Shown: positions 1-10,591, numbered from the stretch's first letter. The stretch is 64,000 nt of DNA from Hyphomicrobiaceae bacterium (GCA_035283385.1 DATETZ010000179.1:270-64269); one strand, 5' to 3'. Numbers and translations are program-made. Notes: generated by a model not told the origin, from the sequence alone.

Positions 1-5
1 CGCCG

Positions 6-1421
6 GTGCAGCGGTTCCTCTACGGCCAAGGGATCGGCCGCTCGGTGCGCAAGGTCTATGGCGAAAGCCCGATCGAGGTGATGCGGCGAACCGACGTGGC
101 GAGGGCGCGCATCACGCTCGAAAGGGGCGGGCCCGCGGTCGAATTGAATATCGCTCACATCGACCTCTACTTCTTCTTCGACATCGATATCGTGATTCTG
201 GCGCTCGAGGTGTTTGCCGACGATCTGCCGTTCGATCTGGCGCAGGAGGTATTGTTCCGATTCGGGCGCGCGTATCCGGCCTATTGGGAGGAAGGAGGGC
301 GCGGCGGCCACTGCCCGTGGATGGTCGAATGGCTCGCGGCGGATGGCCGTGTGCTCGCCCAATCCGACTACGAGAACCGCGAAAAATACCTGTCGTTCGT
401 GTGCCGGCACCGCGCGCCCAGTACCGCCTCACACTGGGAGTTCCTGCTGTCGCCGCTGGTCCTCTACCACAGCGACAGGAAGGGTGAGCTACGCTACCGC
501 CAGCTCGAGTACTACCGTATGCCCTACATGGTGTTCCTCGGGCTCGAGGGGGCGGACAGGCTGTCGCGGGCCGATTGCGTTCGCCTCGCGCTCGGTAACG
601 AGCCCGGCGGCCCGGCTGAGCTGCCCTACTCCGAATCCTATCTCGCGGACTTCGAGAAGCGATATTGCTACGACCGCTATCTGGGCCAGGGGTTCGAGCC
701 GAGCCGCACGGGCGCCCGCTTCCTCGCCTCCGGACACACGCTCGTCGTGGCGGGCGACGCCAAGGACGCGTTCTTCATGAACCCGGAAGGCGGCATGCTC
801 GGCCGTTTTCGCCACCAGCACTTCCTGATGTTCCTCATCGCCCACTTCCAAAAGGCGGCGCTCAGGATGTTTTCGGATCGCCTGGTCGCGGCCGTGAGCC
901 GCCTCGACATCACGAATGCAAGGGCGAACCGCATTTTCCGCCGCGACATCCGCCACGCGCTGGAGAATTTTCTGCGCTTCGCGCACCGGTACTGGTTCCA
1001 CGAGATCTCGAACCAGGCGCAGACGCGGGAGCTGTTTGACCAGACCCGCGAGCATCTCGGGCTCGACGGGCTCTATTCGGAGGTGCGTGAGGAGCTGCAG
1101 GACATGGGCGGCTTCCTCGATGTCGAGGCCATGCGCCGTCAGAATGAAACGGTCGTGCGGCTGACGGTCGTGACCACGTTCGGCCTGGTCGGCACGGTGA
1201 CGACGGGGTTCCTCGGCATGAACCTGCTTGCCTGGTCCGAGGAACCGATCGGCTGGAGGATTGCTGCCTTCCTGGCGATCTTTGTGCCGACGGCGCTGCT
1301 CACACTCTACACGGTCATGAAGTCGCGCCGGCTCTCGGACTTCCTGGATGCGCTTTCCGATGAGCAGGTGTCCTGGCGCAGGCGGTGGCGCGCGCTGATG
1401 CGCGTCTGGTTCGGTACATGA
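6..1421 (+). CDS. CorA-family divalent cation transporter-like protein, probably 5'-truncated by the window edge
   Basis: Two C-terminal TM helices with the GMN signature (GFLGMNLLAW) after a long soluble domain; the ORF is open from the window start. Confidence 0.7.
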   Translation: MQRFLYGQGIGRSVRKVYGESPIEVMRRTDVARARITLERGGPAVELNIAHIDLYFFFDIDIVILALEVFADDLPFDLAQEVLFRFGRAYPAYWEEGGRGGHCPWMVEWLAADGRVLAQSDYENREKYLSFVCRHRAPSTASHWEFLLSPLVLYHSDRKGELRYRQLEYYRMPYMVFLGLEGADRLSRADCVRLALGNEPGGPAELPYSESYLADFEKRYCYDRYLGQGFEPSRTGARFLASGHTLVVAGDAKDAFFMNPEGGMLGRFRHQHFLMFLIAHFQKAALRMFSDRLVAAVSRLDITNARANRIFRRDIRHALENFLRFAHRYWFHEISNQAQTRELFDQTREHLGLDGLYSEVREELQDMGGFLDVEAMRRQNETVVRLTVVTTFGLVGTVTTGFLGMNLLAWSEEPIGWRIAAFLAIFVPTALLTLYTVMKSRRLSDFLDALSDEQVSWRRRWRALMRVWFGT

Positions 1422-1427
1422 GGCCGC

Positions 1428-1985
1428 CTAGTTGCGGGCGAAGCAGCGCCGTACAGGGAGTTTCAGTCCCGGGGGTGAGAGGTCGATTGTCTCTTGCTCG
1501 CCGAGCGAGCGGACCGCAATTTCGGGACCCGCCGTTCGCCCGTAGTGCACTACGAGTCGGTCCACTGGGTCGACGACGAGGTAATGCTCGATGCTCGGGA
1601 CCGAAAAATAACCCGTGAGCTTGCCCGTCGTGTCTCGATTGACCGAGCTTGGTAACAGCACCTCGACCACGATAACCGGATTGGGCACGACCATCTCGTT
1701 CGACGGCAATTCGGGTCCGGCATAGACCAGAGCGTCCGGCTCAAACGCGGTATCCTTCGAGATGCGGACGGTTGCTCCGCCACCGAGCGCTATGAGGCCG
1801 AGGCCAGATTCTTCGATAGCATCCAAGAGAGCGATGACAACCAGAACCTTGACGCTGACGTGGCCCGTGGTTTCTGGAGACATGCGAATGGGCCTACCGT
1901 TGACGAGCTCATAGCGGCCGGGCCGGCCGTGTGCCCAGACCAGATACTCGTCGACGGTCATGCGTTGCGGAGCAAGCTCGTTCAT
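1428..1985 (-). CDS. Uma2 (DUF820) family PD-(D/E)XK nuclease-like protein
   Basis: MTVDEYL..RYELVNG, EPDALV, PVIVVEVL.PSS...D...K...Y..VPSIEHYLVVDP pattern. Confidence 0.85.
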   Translation of the reverse strand: MNELAPQRMTVDEYLVWAHGRPGRYELVNGRPIRMSPETTGHVSVKVLVVIALLDAIEESGLGLIALGGGATVRISKDTAFEPDALVYAGPELPSNEMVVPNPVIVVEVLLPSSVNRDTTGKLTGYFSVPSIEHYLVVDPVDRLVVHYGRTAGPEIAVRSLGEQETIDLSPPGLKLPVRRCFARN

Positions 1986-2020
1986 GATCGCAGCTTAGCA
2001 CGAGTTTACGGCGGCAGAAA

Positions 2021-3376
2021 TCAGCTCGAGGGCGCGTCCAGCTTTCGCGTCAGGTTCTCGAACTCGCGCCGAAGCTCCTCGTTCTTGAAGATCTGGTCGA
2101 AGGTCGGAGCCTCGAGCTTCTGCAGGGCTTCGAACGATGACGAGGAGTCGCGCATCAGGTTCCTCAGCTGGAAGCTCGCTTCCACCGTCTCGTACGTGTT
2201 GTCGGCGATGCGAAGATCGTGCGCGGCGCGGCTGCGGGCATTGGCGATCTGCTCGCGCTGCTGCTGGAGGTAGCGCCGGTAGCCTTTCGCCGCCTCCTCC
2301 GCGAGCTTCTGGCTGTCCCGGTTGGCATCGAGCGCGCGGCGCTGATCGGGGCGGTTCTCGGCGCGCAAGAGCGCGATCGTTTTCTCCCTCGCGGCGGTGA
2401 CGTCGTTCAGAATCGCCTCGAGCTTGGGCATGTATTGGGTGTCGATCTTTTCGATCGTCGCATCCTGGGCGTGCACGAGCATGGCGAACAGCGCCGCGTG
2501 CATGGCGAAATACTTGCGCGCGGCGTTCATGTTGTCGCCGGTCGCGCTCATGAGCTTGGCCAGCTGGCCGTCGATCAGTTTTGCGGCATTGAAGGTGGCG
2601 ACCAGGCGCACCAGATCGCCCGAGAGCACGCTGTCGAGTAGCAGGTCGACCTGCTCTGGCTCGAGCTCCACGCCGGACTTGGCGAGCGCATCCTGGATCT
2701 CGGTCTTGGCGTTCTTGATCCCTTCGCGGTTCTCCGCGATGCGCTTCTGGCTGTCCTCGATTTGGCCGCCGAGCGTCGCGACCGTGTCCGTGAGCACGCC
2801 GGGCAGCATGCCGTCCTTGGGCGCGGTGAGCTGTTTCTCCTTGAGGGAGACGATTTGCTCCTCGATCTCGCGGATGCTCTTGCGGTGTTCCTCGATCTTC
2901 TTCTGGACGTCGACGATCGGCACGTCCGTGACGATGCCGAGGGCGGAATCGAGAAGGCGGCGGATCTTGTCCTCGCGGTCCTCGCGCGTCTCGGTCCAAA
3001 GCGGCGTGACGAGGAACTCGTCCTTGCCCGGCAGCTTTCTGGCCTGGGTGCGCTGCTCGGCGGTGTCCTTCAAGACCGAGTCGATGGCCTGCATCAGGCG
3101 GCGCGCCTGCTCATAGGCCGGATCACCCTCGCGCGGATCCCTGTCGAGCGCTTTCGCGTCTTGAGTCTCCGCTGCTGAGTCTGCGGCGGCGGGGTTCTGC
3201 GCCTCGGCGGTGTCCCCGGCGACGCGATCCGTGCCGCTTTTGGTGAGGAGATCGGCGACGCCGCCGCGCTTGGCCGATTGCGCGAAACCCGGAGCGCCGC
3301 CTGGCAAAATCCAGATCGAGAGCGCGCATGCAGAGACAGTGAGCGCCGTAACGCGGCCGCGGCCCATGATCGCCAT
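2021..3376 (-). CDS. Exported coiled-coil hypothetical protein
   Basis: Long ORF; GGAGG RBS before ATG 3376; signal-peptide-like N-terminus; heptad-rich helical body. Confidence 0.7.
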   Translation of the reverse strand: MAIMGRGRVTALTVSACALSIWILPGGAPGFAQSAKRGGVADLLTKSGTDRVAGDTAEAQNPAAADSAAETQDAKALDRDPREGDPAYEQARRLMQAIDSVLKDTAEQRTQARKLPGKDEFLVTPLWTETREDREDKIRRLLDSALGIVTDVPIVDVQKKIEEHRKSIREIEEQIVSLKEKQLTAPKDGMLPGVLTDTVATLGGQIEDSQKRIAENREGIKNAKTEIQDALAKSGVELEPEQVDLLLDSVLSGDLVRLVATFNAAKLIDGQLAKLMSATGDNMNAARKYFAMHAALFAMLVHAQDATIEKIDTQYMPKLEAILNDVTAAREKTIALLRAENRPDQRRALDANRDSQKLAEEAAKGYRRYLQQQREQIANARSRAAHDLRIADNTYETVEASFQLRNLMRDSSSSFEALQKLEAPTFDQIFKNEELRREFENLTRKLDAPSS

Positions 3377-3451
3377 TGCGCCCTCCTGTCCAGAACCCAC
3401 GATGCAGCCTCGGAAATCTGGCAAATCGATGGTTGGACGGTGCCTTAACCA

Positions 3452-4183
3452 TCAGCAGCGCGCCGCCGCCTCCTTAACGAGCGCGAGCAGCCGTTCATTC
3501 ACCTGCCGTGCATCGGTCAGCACGATCATATGGGTGATGGACGCGGAAATGCGAGAGGCGGGAGGAAACCTCGCCGCTTCCAGCGGCCGATCGAACGGCG
3601 TTTCGCCGAGAACGAGCCCGAGCCGCAGCTCGCGCGGGCTCAGGGCGAGGACGGCGAACTCGCGGGCCCGGGCAATCGAGACGTGCGCCGCGTCGGGCCT
3701 GAGCCGGGCTCCGGGGACGGCTTTGGCGACCTCCCGCAGGACGAACAGGGCCAGCGGGCGCAGCGCCTTGGCCTTTGCCAGAAGCTGCTCGAGCATGTCT
3801 CGGCCGGCGTCCGGCTTCTCGAGGCCGTCTAGCGGCGGAATGGAGGGTAGGCTTTGAGGAGGGTCGCCCGGGGAGGCCGAGACCAAAGCGGCCGAGACGG
3901 CCGGTCCGCCCGCCGGCGGCGCCCTATCCCGCCGCCGCGCCGCCGGGGGTCTCTTAGCATGGGCGTCGTCATATATAGGCCGCCCGCAATTATGGTGGAT
4001 GCGCTCGAGCCAAGATGCCTTCGAGAACATGAAGCCTTGCCTGCGCAACCAGTCGATGATGTCATTGCGGCGCTCGAGCCCCTCAGCCGAGATTGCATCC
4101 ATCCATTCGCCAAGATCGCGGCCCGTGTCCGCCTTCAGGCTGACCAGGAATTGGCGCTCCTTTTGGCCGTAATCGGTGCTCAT
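3452..4183 (-). CDS. DUF4287/DUF5655-like two-domain protein
   Basis: N-terminal TGRDL.EW....GF module, Pro/Ala linker, C-terminal ARxFAVL..LRLGL...ITH module; start MSTDYG directly after the upstream gene. Confidence 0.6.
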   Translation of the reverse strand: MSTDYGQKERQFLVSLKADTGRDLGEWMDAISAEGLERRNDIIDWLRRQGFMFSKASWLERIHHNCGRPIYDDAHAKRPPAARRRDRAPPAGGPAVSAALVSASPGDPPQSLPSIPPLDGLEKPDAGRDMLEQLLAKAKALRPLALFVLREVAKAVPGARLRPDAAHVSIARAREFAVLALSPRELRLGLVLGETPFDRPLEAARFPPASRISASITHMIVLTDARQVNERLLALVKEAAARC

Positions 4184-4193
4184 GGCCGCCCAC

Positions 4194-4679
4194 TCAGATC
4201 CAGCGGCGCGTCTTGGCCTTGTAATCGCGATAAGCGTCGCCGAACTTGGCCTCGAGGTGGCGCTCCTCGGGAATGATGGCAAGCCACGTGACGAGGACGG
4301 CGAATAGCACGGCGAAAATCGCCAGCCAGAGGTTTTTGGTCAGCTCCGCGAGGCCGAACAGGATCAGCACGTCGGCAAGATAGATGGGGTTGCGCCGGAA
4401 GCGGAAGGGCCCGTCCGTCACCAGGTGGTCGGCGCCTTTGTTGGGGAGGATCGTGGTCTCGCGGCGCCTGAGTGTGATCGCGGCCCAGGCGAACAGCACG
4501 AGGCCCGCGAGCCCCAATCCTATGCCGACGGCGCGGGCCGCCGCGTCGTCGAGCCCGGGCCATGCGACGGGGTATGCCCGGCCCAATAGCCAGCCGCCGG
4601 CGAGGGCGCCGGCGATCAGCACCGGCGGCCAGGGAAAGGGGGTTGGCCGCTGTGCGATGTCATAGTTCATGTGCGCCAT
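4194..4679 (-). CDS. Isoprenylcysteine carboxyl methyltransferase/PEMT family membrane protein
   Basis: LVTDGPFRFRRNPIYL and EERHLEAKFGDAYRDYK..TRRWI motifs. Confidence 0.85.
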   Translation of the reverse strand: MAHMNYDIAQRPTPFPWPPVLIAGALAGGWLLGRAYPVAWPGLDDAAARAVGIGLGLAGLVLFAWAAITLRRRETTILPNKGADHLVTDGPFRFRRNPIYLADVLILFGLAELTKNLWLAIFAVLFAVLVTWLAIIPEERHLEAKFGDAYRDYKAKTRRWI

Positions 4680-4687
4680 GCTCGTGC

Positions 4688-4716
4688 CTGACAATTGTTC
4701 CGCGCCTTCCTATAAC
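4688..4716 (+). promoter_or_regulatory. Putative sigma70 promoter for ivd
   Basis: CTGACA-17 nt-TATAAC about 65 nt upstream of the ivd ATG. Confidence 0.45.
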
Positions 4717-4780
4717 AGAAGTGCTGCGCGATCATCACGTGCTTGGTTTCAATGATGGAGCGGCATGAGGGCGGGAGACG

Positions 4781-5956
4781 ATGGCGCATCTAGAGAGCGG
4801 CCCGGCGGCATTCGACTTCGGCCTGGGAGAGAGCGGCGACGCGCTCCGCGCGACAGTCGCCTCTTTTGCGGCGAGGGAGATTGCACCGCTTGCCGCAAGG
4901 ATCGACCGCAGCGACGAGTTTCCGCGCGAGCTATGGCCGAAGATGGGGGCGCTCGGGTTGCTCGGCGTCACGGTCGAGGAGCAGTGGGGAGGTGCGGGCT
5001 TCGGCTACCTCGAGCACTGCATTGCGATGGAGGAGATAAGCCGGGCGTCGGCTTCGGTCGGCCTATCGTACGGGGCCCATTCCAATCTCTGCGTGAACCA
5101 GATCCGCCGCAACGGCAGCCCCGAGCAGAAGCGCCGCTATCTGCCGAAGCTGATCTCGGGCGAGCACGTGGGCGGGCTCGCCATGTCGGAGCCCGAGGCC
5201 GGCTCGGATGTCGTCTCGATGCGCGCCAGGGCGGAGAAAAAGGCCGGCCGCTACGTCCTCAACGGCACCAAGATGTGGATCACCAACGGTCCGGGCGGCG
5301 ATCTGTTCGTCGTCTACGCCAAGACCGATCCGGCAGCCGGCGCGCGCGGCATCACCGCGTTCCTGGTCGAGAAGGGGTTCAAGGGCCTGCGCGCGGCACA
5401 GAAGCTCGACAAGCTCGGCATGCGCGGCTCGCCGACCGGGGAGCTCAAGTTCGAGGACTGCGAGGTGCCGGAGGAGAACGTCCTCGGCCGAGCCGGAGAC
5501 GGTATCGGCGTTCTCATGAGCGGCCTCGATTACGAGCGCGTGGTGCTCGCCGCGGGACCGCTCGGGATCAGCCGGGCCGCTTTGGACGTGGTCTTGCCCT
5601 ATGTCAATGACCGAAAGCAGTTCGGCCAGCCCATCGGATCGTTCCAGCTCGTGCAGGGCAAGATCGCCGACATGTATGTCGCGACGAGCGCCGCCCGCGC
5701 CTACGTTTACGCGGTCGCGACGGCGTGCGACCGGGGCCAGACGATGCGGCGCGACGCGGCGGGCGCGATCCTGTTTGCCGCCGAGACGGCAACACGCGTG
5801 GCGCTCGATGCCGTCCAGCTCCTGGGCGCCAACGGCTATATCAACGACTATCCGGCAGGGCGCCTGGTTCGCGACGCCAAGCTTTACGAGATCGGGGCCG
5901 GCACGAGCGAAATCCGCCGCTGGCTGATCGGGCGGGAACTGGTCGAGGGGAGCTGA
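4781..5956 (+). CDS. ivd: Isovaleryl-CoA dehydrogenase
   Basis: Acyl-CoA dehydrogenase motifs ([48 protein letters not shown]); mccAB nearby. Confidence 0.92.
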   Translation: MAHLESGPAAFDFGLGESGDALRATVASFAAREIAPLAARIDRSDEFPRELWPKMGALGLLGVTVEEQWGGAGFGYLEHCIAMEEISRASASVGLSYGAHSNLCVNQIRRNGSPEQKRRYLPKLISGEHVGGLAMSEPEAGSDVVSMRARAEKKAGRYVLNGTKMWITNGPGGDLFVVYAKTDPAAGARGITAFLVEKGFKGLRAAQKLDKLGMRGSPTGELKFEDCEVPEENVLGRAGDGIGVLMSGLDYERVVLAAGPLGISRAALDVVLPYVNDRKQFGQPIGSFQLVQGKIADMYVATSAARAYVYAVATACDRGQTMRRDAAGAILFAAETATRVALDAVQLLGANGYINDYPAGRLVRDAKLYEIGAGTSEIRRWLIGRELVEGS

Positions 5957-5997
5957 ATTCGAGCCGGCTGGCCCTGGCCGCCGCCCCACTGTAGGTT

Positions 5998-7101
5998 ATG
6001 GGCATGCTCACCCGCGGCTCCATCAAGCTTTTCACGGTCGGCGGCACCGTTGTCAGGGTGCACCCGACCTTCTTTCTCCTCCTGGCGTGGATCGGGGCGC
6101 TGCATTGGCTCTCCGGAGGGCCGCAGGAAGCGTTGCGCGGCGTCGTCTTCATCCTGATCCTGTTCGCATGCGTGGTGCTGCACGAGTTCGGGCACATCTT
6201 CGCGGCCAGACGCTACGGAATTCGGACCCCCGACGTGACCCTGCTGCCGATCGGCGGCGTTGCCTCCCTCGAGCGGATGCCGGAGAAGCCGGGCCAGGAG
6301 ATCGTCGTCGCCCTGGCCGGACCGGCCGTCAACCTTGTGATCGCGGTGCTTCTGATCGGTTTCTTCGGCGCCACGCTCAACCCCGCGCAGCTCGCGCGAC
6401 TCGAGATGGACGAGCCGAGCCTTCTCGATCGGGTCGCCGCCGCCAACGTTGCGCTTCTGGTTTTCAATCTCATCCCCGCGTTCCCGATGGACGGAGGGCG
6501 CGTGCTTCGTGCGCTGCTCGCCTTGCCGCTCGGCTTTACGCGCGCGACGCAACTGGCCGCGATCATCGGCCAGATCCTGGCGATCGGCTTGGGATTCCTC
6601 GGCCTGTTCGGCAATCCGCTCTTGATCCTGGTCGCCCTGTTCATCTTCCTGGCGGCGAGCGCCGAGGCCGGCTACGTGCAGGCCCGCGATCTGGCCCGCG
6701 GCTATCTCGCAGCGCACGCCATGATCACGTCGTTCGAGCCGCTGACGCCGCTCGCCACCGCCGACGACGCGGCGGCGCTGCTGCTCAAGACCACACAGCA
6801 GGAGTTCCCCGTCGTCGACGGGGCGCAGCGCCTGCGCGGGTTCGTGACGCGCGAGGACCTCATCTCCGCGCTCAAGGAGCACGGCGGCGCCACACCTGTC
6901 CTCGACATCATGACCGATGTGCCGACGGTGCCCGACAAGGCCTGCCTCGAAACGGTGCTGCAGACGCTGCAGACAAGCCGCGCCCCCGTGCTCGGCGTCG
7001 TCGACCGCGAAAACCGCTTCCTCGGCTACATCAACGCCGAAAACATCAGTGAGCTGCTCATGATCAGGCGGGCGCGCTCGGTTGGACCGCAGCGGGCCTA
7101 A
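5998..7101 (+). CDS. Site-2 protease (M50) with CBS domain pair
   Basis: HEFGH and NLIPAFPMDGGR motifs, TM helices, C-terminal CBS repeats. Confidence 0.9.
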   Translation: MGMLTRGSIKLFTVGGTVVRVHPTFFLLLAWIGALHWLSGGPQEALRGVVFILILFACVVLHEFGHIFAARRYGIRTPDVTLLPIGGVASLERMPEKPGQEIVVALAGPAVNLVIAVLLIGFFGATLNPAQLARLEMDEPSLLDRVAAANVALLVFNLIPAFPMDGGRVLRALLALPLGFTRATQLAAIIGQILAIGLGFLGLFGNPLLILVALFIFLAASAEAGYVQARDLARGYLAAHAMITSFEPLTPLATADDAAALLLKTTQQEFPVVDGAQRLRGFVTREDLISALKEHGGATPVLDIMTDVPTVPDKACLETVLQTLQTSRAPVLGVVDRENRFLGYINAENISELLMIRRARSVGPQRA

Positions 7102-7336
7102 TGGCCTACCGGGTTGGCCCGCCTGTCGACGACGAGCGGTCGCCGCTGTAGTATTGAACCAATTGCAGGCCTTCGCCGTTTCATATGAGGCGGAGACCTT
7201 GGCTGTTGGGATGGCGTGGCACCTCGCGAGGCAGACATCGTTGCCCAGACTTGAGCCACCTGCTCGAGGCCATGTCAGCGCTCTGCAAACGCAGACGAGC
7301 ATCGCATGCGAGCGCCACCGTGTTCGGAGGACAACA

Positions 7337-7786
7337 ATGAAACAGATGAGAGCAACACTAGCGGCTGCTGCGGCCGTTTTGATCGGGCTCGGGTGCGCGG
7401 GCCTCGCTCACGCCAAATCGGGAGGGCATGGCTTCCGCGGCGGGGGCGCGTTCACCCCTCACAGCGGGTTCTCGGGCGGGCCGCGGATTGCAGGGCCACG
7501 CATGAGTGGTCATTCCGGCATGTCCTTCAGGGCCGGTCATGGATCGGCGCGTTTCCATGGTTGGAAGGGTCACGGGCCGAGGCTTTCCTGGCACAATTTC
7601 AACAATAATCATCACGGTCATCACCACAAACACAGACGAGTGATCATCGGCTACCCCTATTTTAGCGACTACGGCTATTACGACGATTACGCTTATGACT
7701 ATGGCGAGTGCGACTGGCTTTACCGGAAGGCGGTGCGGACGGGCAGCCCGTACTGGTGGCAGCGGTATCAGGACTGCGTCGACTGA
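7337..7786 (+). CDS. Small exported Gly/His/Tyr-rich hypothetical protein
   Basis: GGAGG RBS; signal peptide ending AHA; G-rich then H-rich low-complexity region; C-terminal C.W.YR.A..TGS.YWW.RY..C. Confidence 0.7.
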   Translation: MKQMRATLAAAAAVLIGLGCAGLAHAKSGGHGFRGGGAFTPHSGFSGGPRIAGPRMSGHSGMSFRAGHGSARFHGWKGHGPRLSWHNFNNNHHGHHHKHRRVIIGYPYFSDYGYYDDYAYDYGECDWLYRKAVRTGSPYWWQRYQDCVD

Positions 7787-7917
7787 CGTCCGGCGGCCGC
7801 ATCCCCATGCGCGCCCCTGTTGCGGCGAGTAGCAAAGAGAGCAACCTGAGGACGTTCGGCCCGTCGACGGGCCGCACGCCCGCGCCGGAGGACGAGGCCC
7901 CGCCCTCGGCTACCGAT

Positions 7918-8084
7918 CTAGTGTGGCGGTTCAGAAGTTCCCCATCACGTGCCACCAGGTTGTGAGGGAATTTCTGAACCAAAGCCGCACTAGCAACTCA
8001 TTGATTTCTAGTGTCCCAATGAATCCGAAGTTCGCAAACGCGCTTGCGGCATAGTGTGTGCGAACTTCGGATTCGGGACACTAG
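7918..8084. repeat. CTAG-bounded double-hairpin repeat (RIME/MITE-like), family A copy 1
   Basis: Two imperfect palindromes (7918-7993, 8008-8084), each starting CTAGTGT and ending (A/G)CACTAG; homologous copy at 17384-17551. Confidence 0.9.
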
Positions 8085-8111
8085 GTGACGGTTCACAGAA
8101 AGCCAGGGGAA

Positions 8112-9311
8112 ATGGCCAAGACCAGCACGTCCGATCCCGTCGTCATCGTCGCTGCCGCACGCACGGCCGTCGGCGCGTTTCAGGGCGCGTTCGCCGAGCT
8201 TGCGGCGCCCGAGCTCGGGGCCGCTGCGATCCGCGCTGCCGTAGAGCGGGCCGGCGTCGCGCCGGGCGAGGTCTCGGAGGTCCTGATGGGTTGCGTGTTG
8301 CCGGCCGGTCAGGGTCAAGCCCCCGCCCGCCAGGCGGCCATCAAGGGGGGTCTTCCGGAGTCCGTCCCCTGCAGCACGGTCAACAAGGTGTGCGGCTCGG
8401 GCATGAAGACGGTGATGCTCGCCGCCGACGCGCTCGCCGCACGCCCCCGGGACATCATCGTTGCGGGCGGCATGGAGAGCATGACCAACGCGCCTTACTT
8501 GCTGCCGAAAATGCGCAGGGGCGCGCGGCTCGGCCACGCCGAGGTCAAGGACCACATGTTCCTAGACGGTCTCGAGGACGCCTACGAGCCCGGCCGCCTC
8601 ATGGGCACCTTCGCCGAGGATACGGCCGAAAAGTATCAGTTCACCCGCGCCGCGCAGGATTCGTTCGCGCTCGAAAGCTTGAAGCGCGCGAGGCGGGCGA
8701 GCGAGGATGGCTCCTTCGCGTCCGAGATCGCGCCGGTCACGGTGAGGACGCGCGCCGGCGAGGCCAGCGTCGCGAGGGACGAGCAGCCGTTCAAGTCGGA
8801 CCAGTCCCGCATCCCGCACTTGAAGCCCGCGTTCCGCAAGGACGGCACTGTGACGGCCGCCAACTCGAGCGCGATCTCGGATGGCGCGGCGGCGCTCGTG
8901 CTCATGCGCGCCTCGGAGGCGCGGCGGAGGGGCATAGCGCCGGTGGCGCGGCTCGCCGGTCAGGCGTCGCATGCGCAGGCGCCCGCGTGGTTCACCACGG
9001 CACCGTTCGGGGCCATCGAGAAGCTTCTCGATGCGGCCGGATGGCAAGCGGGCGACGTCGGCCTCTACGAGATCAACGAGGCGTTCGCGGTGGTGGCGCT
9101 TGCCGCCATGCGCGATCTCGGCCTGGGCCACGAGACGGTCAACGTGCACGGCGGCGCGTGCGCCTTGGGCCATCCGATCGGGGCCTCCGGGGCGCGCATC
9201 ATTGTCACGCTTTTGGCCGCAATGCAGAAATTCGGCGTCGAGCGCGGTATCGCGGCGCTGTGCATCGGCGGCGGCGAGGCGACGGCCGTCGCGCTCGAGC
9301 GTGTCGGATGA
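8112..9311 (+). CDS. Acetyl-CoA C-acyltransferase (thiolase)
   Basis: NKVCGSGMK, NEAFA, GHPIGASG and CIGGG thiolase motifs. Confidence 0.93.
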   Translation: MAKTSTSDPVVIVAAARTAVGAFQGAFAELAAPELGAAAIRAAVERAGVAPGEVSEVLMGCVLPAGQGQAPARQAAIKGGLPESVPCSTVNKVCGSGMKTVMLAADALAARPRDIIVAGGMESMTNAPYLLPKMRRGARLGHAEVKDHMFLDGLEDAYEPGRLMGTFAEDTAEKYQFTRAAQDSFALESLKRARRASEDGSFASEIAPVTVRTRAGEASVARDEQPFKSDQSRIPHLKPAFRKDGTVTAANSSAISDGAAALVLMRASEARRRGIAPVARLAGQASHAQAPAWFTTAPFGAIEKLLDAAGWQAGDVGLYEINEAFAVVALAAMRDLGLGHETVNVHGGACALGHPIGASGARIIVTLLAAMQKFGVERGIAALCIGGGEATAVALERVG

Positions 9312-9359
9312 GAGGGCGGGTGGAGAGCGAAATCTGAAAGCTTGTGTGTGGAGTGAGCG

Positions 9360-9653
9360 ATGAACGCGACCGAGAAGGCCGTCCTGGTGACCGCCGCCGT
9401 CTTGATGCTCGGCGGTCCGGGGCAAGAGGCACGGGCAGCGGCCTATGGCTGCTTCAAAGTGACGGCCGATAGCATCAACATCCGCGCGCGGCCCTACAGC
9501 ACGGCCGAAATCATCGATTCGGCCTCGAAGGGCGAGATTCTCGAGAAGCGCAAGCTGTTCTGCACGCCGCGCGGCTTCTGGTGCGCAGTCCGCAAGGGCT
9601 CGCTCGAGGGCTACGCCGACAAGGGCTTCATGGAGAAGGTCGCGTGCCCGTGA
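9360..9653 (+). CDS. Small exported SH3b-domain protein
   Basis: Signal peptide; VTADSINIRARP...W..V...GY SH3b pattern; four Cys. Confidence 0.7.
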   Translation: MNATEKAVLVTAAVLMLGGPGQEARAAAYGCFKVTADSINIRARPYSTAEIIDSASKGEILEKRKLFCTPRGFWCAVRKGSLEGYADKGFMEKVACP

Positions 9654-9714
9654 GCGGGCGCAACCGGCTCTGACCCCGGATTAATTCGTGGCGGAGGATG
9701 CCTCGGCGCAGGCG

Positions 9715-10539
9715 ATGCTCTTCACCCTGTCCAAGTTTCTGGCGTTCGTTATTCAGCCGTCGAGCCTTGCGGCGATCGCAATCGGCACGGGGCTCTGGCT
9801 GATGCGCCGCGACGCTGACGCGCGACGTGGAGCGCGTTTAGGCCGGAGGCTTGCATGGGGTGGACTCGCCGCTCTCGTGCTGGGTGGCTTACTGCCAGTG
9901 GGGAACGCCGTTATTCTGCCGCTCGAGCAACGCTTTGCCGCCGCCCCGCTGCCCGAGCCCGGAGAGCGGATCGCGGGCATCATCATCCTCGGCGGATTCG
10001 AGGACGGCTGGGTCTCCGCCGGCCGGGGCGGGCTCGCGGTCAACGAGTCGGCGGAGCGGCTGACCGAGGGCCTCCGCCTCGCCGTGCGCCATCCCGAGGC
10101 CAAGGTCGTTTTCACGGGCGGCGTGGGCGGGCTGTGGCCTGGCGGCATCGATGCCAGCCGCCGGGTCGGCGCCTACCTTACCGAGGCCGGGATCGCCGAA
10201 AGCCGGCTCGTGCTCGACGGCCGCTCGCGCAACACCTATGAGAACGCGCTGTTCACCGCCGAGCTCGTGAATCCGGCTCCCGGCGCGCGTTGGCTGCTTG
10301 TCACGTCCGCCTACCACATGCCGCGTGCCGTGGGAATTTTCCGTAAGGCCGGATTCGATGTCGTCCCCTATCCGGTCGATTTCCGCACGCGCGGCCCCGG
10401 GGATGTGCGCCGTCCCTTCGAGCGAATTCCAGCGGGTCTGCAAAGGCTCGACCTCGCCGTCAACGAGTGGCTCGGTCTCCTCGCCTACAGGCTCTTGGGC
10501 CGTATCGACGAGCTCTTTCCAGGGCCAGCCGCGCCCTAG
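9715..10539 (+). CDS. YdcF/ElyC (DUF218) family protein
   Basis: IIILGG, FTGG, SRNTYENA, LLVTSAYHMPRA, EWLG motifs. Confidence 0.9.
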   Translation: MLFTLSKFLAFVIQPSSLAAIAIGTGLWLMRRDADARRGARLGRRLAWGGLAALVLGGLLPVGNAVILPLEQRFAAAPLPEPGERIAGIIILGGFEDGWVSAGRGGLAVNESAERLTEGLRLAVRHPEAKVVFTGGVGGLWPGGIDASRRVGAYLTEAGIAESRLVLDGRSRNTYENALFTAELVNPAPGARWLLVTSAYHMPRAVGIFRKAGFDVVPYPVDFRTRGPGDVRRPFERIPAGLQRLDLAVNEWLGLLAYRLLGRIDELFPGPAAP

Positions 10540-10591
10540 ACCTTCGGCCAAGGTTTGGGGGATTTTTCTCGTCCCGCGCGGGAGAGGACGC

